35,364 nucleotides of DNA, from the IMG/VR virus record IMGVR_UViG_3300044983_000134, positions 1 through 35,364 of that record; one strand, given 5' to 3'. Origin of the DNA: a virus. Taxonomy: Duplodnaviria > Caudoviricetes. Positions 33,466 to 35,364 of the stretch are shown piece after piece. Within the stretch, counting starts at the first letter, position 1. Each line of letters starts with the position of its first letter. The notes beneath the pieces were generated by a model that worked only from the letters and a program-made list of their open reading frames with translations, was not told where the DNA came from and searched no databases. The translations under genes and the position numbers were made by a program.

Positions 33466-33527
33466 ACTCTCGACGGCGCGGGCCGGACGCGGGTCGTGAC
33501 CCGCTGGGAGCTGGTCCGCGCCATTTA

Positions 33528-33600
33528 GTTACCTTCGGTAACGCGCTACTTTCCGTAACATTTCGCCGCAGTTGACAGCCGTCCGCCGTTGTGGGACACT
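33528..33600 (+). promoter_or_regulatory. Early promoter TTGACA-N17-GACACT preceded by two 15-bp operator-like sites
   Basis: TTGACA 33572-77, GACACT 33595-600; GTTACCTTCGGTAAC 33528-42 and GCTACTTTCCGTAAC 33545-59. Confidence 0.65.
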
Positions 33601-33622
33601 CTCCGTATTGGAGGCTGAGTCC

Positions 33623-33859
33623 ATGAGCAAGAAGTTCACGGCGAAGAGCGACGCGATTTACCTTACCGACAACGGCGCGGCGTATTGCGGCGACCACCTC
33701 GGCATGACGGCCAAGATGACCGGACGCGACATTTCGGGACAGAAGGTCTACGCGCTCACGGCCGCTGATGCGGCGTTCTGGAAACAGCACAATCAGGCGG
33801 GCAATCCGCCGATGTGTGAGACGTGCCGCAAGCCATTCGCTGAGGTGGCGCATGTCTAG
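33623..33859 (+). CDS. Small Zn-binding early protein (78 aa)
   Basis: GGAGG SD; CGDH...CETC. Confidence 0.75.
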   Translation: MSKKFTAKSDAIYLTDNGAAYCGDHLGMTAKMTGRDISGQKVYALTAADAAFWKQHNQAGNPPMCETCRKPFAEVAHV

Positions 33860-34127
33860 CCCGTTCACGCACGACCGCGAACCGGATTCCACCCCCAACG
33901 GCCGCAAGGCCCTCACGCGATGCGGCGTCTACGTGCGCCGCGAAGCGATTGACCCGCGCGGCGTGACCTGCCCCGTCTGCCGCGACGTGCGCGACCTCGA
34001 AGCGGCGCAGGATGCCGAGCATGCGCGACGCGCGACGGCGCTGGGCATCACGGTCGAAGAACTGCTGTTCGGACGCGCGGAGGACGACCCGAGCGTCGTG
34101 GCGCAGTGGCCGCAGGTGCCGCGATGA
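33852..34127 (+). CDS. Hypothetical early protein (91 aa)
   Basis: GAGGTG SD; CG...TCPVC. Confidence 0.65.
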   Translation: MSSPFTHDREPDSTPNGRKALTRCGVYVRREAIDPRGVTCPVCRDVRDLEAAQDAEHARRATALGITVEELLFGRAEDDPSVVAQWPQVPR

Positions 34128-34366
34128 ACGCATGGCAGATCGCCCTTGACGTGCGCCACGCGCAAGCCGTGGACAGCGATGCCCGCGCCGCGCTCCAGAC
34201 GCTCATCGGCCATTTGGACGCGCTCATGGGCGAGCGACAGCAGATCGCGCAGACGCTGGAGGCGTTCTACCGTGCGCCGCTGAGCATGAGCAGCGTCCAG
34301 CCGGTGCTGGATCTGGCGACGCAGATGGTGCCAACGCTGACGCGGCGGGACAAGGTGCTGTCGTGA
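34124..34366 (+). CDS. Hypothetical early protein (80 aa)
   Basis: ATGA and GTGA couplings. Confidence 0.65.
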   Translation: MNAWQIALDVRHAQAVDSDARAALQTLIGHLDALMGERQQIAQTLEAFYRAPLSMSSVQPVLDLATQMVPTLTRRDKVLS

Positions 34367-34629
34367 GCCTTGATGGCCCGCTCTCCCGCGACGCCTCCAA
34401 CGGCGAGATCGAAATGCTGCACGACGAGGGCGGCACGGTGCGCCTCGACGACGGGCAGTTGCTCCCGTTCTCCGCGCGAGACTGCTACCGCGACGGCACG
34501 TCGTTCTCGCTGATGCGCGTCGGCGACCGCTGCCTACTGGACCGCGAGGAAACGCGCAGCGCCGGCACGCCATATCGCGGTATCTCGTCACCGAACGGCC
34601 GCCGACTCCGCACGGGTGGCGCATGCTGA
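34363..34629 (+). CDS. Hypothetical protein, possibly cold-shock/OB-fold-like
   Basis: GEIEML..EGGTVRLDDGQLLPF......GTSFSLMRVGDR loosely follows the cold-shock strand pattern. Confidence 0.5.
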   Translation: MSLDGPLSRDASNGEIEMLHDEGGTVRLDDGQLLPFSARDCYRDGTSFSLMRVGDRCLLDREETRSAGTPYRGISSPNGRRLRTGGAC

Positions 34630-34892
34630 CCCGCTGCCTCGGCTGGCCCGCGCCGCACGTCCCGCCCGTCATCCTGCACGGCACCGACGACGGCCGCATC
34701 AGCGACGGCATCTGCGCGCCGTGCGCGGCGGTGTTCGCTATCACGCAGGCCCCGCCCAGCACCACGCGCTTGGCGCGCTTCGTCGCGCGGCTTGAGGCCG
34801 ACAGGTTCACGCCGCGCGTGCGACACGCAACAATCACGCTGCTCTATCCGAGTGGTGCGACAGAGACCATCAATATGGAGAGACTCCGATGA
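34623..34892 (+). CDS. Hypothetical early protein (89 aa)
   Basis: Coupled ORF; C..W...H and SDGICAPC. Confidence 0.6.
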   Translation: MLTRCLGWPAPHVPPVILHGTDDGRISDGICAPCAAVFAITQAPPSTTRLARFVARLEADRFTPRVRHATITLLYPSGATETINMERLR

Positions 34893-35077
34893 AACTGACG
34901 ACCGCCGACACGAAGACCACGCGCACGAAGACGGGCACGATCACCGTCGCGGACATCAGGAAGAAATTTCGGATTCCGGACGATGCGACACTCGCGATCC
35001 CTGAGGACTACGACGGCCCGATCGCGGAGACATCCCCTGTGCTCATCGTCACGCACGTCGTGGAGGCGTCGAAATGA
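34889..35077 (+). CDS. Hypothetical early protein (62 aa)
   Basis: GGAG SD; ATGA overlaps at both ends. Confidence 0.7.
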   Translation: MKLTTADTKTTRTKTGTITVADIRKKFRIPDDATLAIPEDYDGPIAETSPVLIVTHVVEASK

Positions 35078-35364
35078 AAATCCTGCATCGCTGGAACAAC
35101 ATGGTGATCTGGGAAGGCGAGGCGGCCACCGTCGGGGAAGCCGTCATCGCCGCATTGAAGGCGCACGCGGTCCTCAGGGACGCAAACCTCACGGACGCAA
35201 ACCTCACGAACGCGAACCTCACGGGCGCGAACCTCAGGGGCGCGGTCCTCACGAACGCGAACCTCACGGGCGCGGACCTCACGGGCGCGGTCCTCAGGGG
35301 CGCGGACCTCACGCGCGCGAACCTCACGGGCGCGGTCCTCACGGGCGCGGACCTCACGGGCGCG
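35074..35364 (+). CDS. Pentapeptide-repeat protein, 5' part (runs off the window end)
   Basis: GGAGG SD, ATG 35074: [52 protein letters not shown]..., open to 35364. Confidence 0.9.
   Translation, partial: MKILHRWNNMVIWEGEAATVGEAVIAALKAHAVLRDANLTDANLTNANLTGANLRGAVLTNANLTGADLTGAVLRGADLTRANLTGAVLTGADLTGA

Larger units (their letters stand above)
1..35364. mobile_element. P22-like tailed bacteriophage genome, probably near-complete and circularly opened
   Basis: TerS-TerL-portal-scaffold-coat-adaptor-tail hub-needle-GNAT-ejection gene order as in P22-like podoviruses; no host housekeeping genes; both ends fall in the same pentapeptide-repeat ORF. Confidence 0.92.

Noticed and set aside
1-35364. 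Integrase, CI-type repressor, reverse transcriptase/DGR, DNA polymerase
   Set aside because: No ORF shows the corresponding motifs; lifestyle and host cannot be determined from the sequence alone

Overview
High-GC window that looks like an essentially complete ~35 kb genome of a P22-like (podovirus-type) tailed phage. It appears to be opened inside a pentapeptide-repeat gene, whose 5' part is at 35074-35364 and 3' part at 1-499. Minus strand: replication block (SF2 helicase, RtcB, VRR-NUC, YozE-like, VapE-type NTPase, putative origin), TerS/TerL, portal, scaffold, P22-type coat, adaptor, tail hub, needle, GNAT, ejection proteins and tail-tip proteins. Plus strand: an atypical lysis cassette (holin-like genes, Tlde1/DUF2778 L,D-peptidase, glycoside-hydrolase lipoprotein) and an early/accessory operon ending in an RlaP-like Pol-beta nucleotidyltransferase. 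No integrase, repressor, DNA polymerase, primase, classical endolysin, tRNA or CRISPR was recognised. The most striking feature is in the head operon. The coat protein, the protein right after it and a tail-fibre-like protein carry N-terminal Sec-type signal peptides; the latter two are Ser/Thr-rich with paired Cys. Between them lies a split, order-reversed TMTC-like GT-C protein glycosyltransferase (a TM+TPR gene and a multi-TM gene). This suggests export, disulfide bonding and glycosylation of virion proteins outside the cytoplasm. Also notable: two or three sequence-unrelated leader RNAs whose hairpin loops pair with the downstream Shine-Dalgarno, an NrdR-like box between divergent replication and lysis promoters, and a deletion scar fusing a C5-methyltransferase start to an HNH-type tail. 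All family calls come from motif recognition by eye; no database searches were run.
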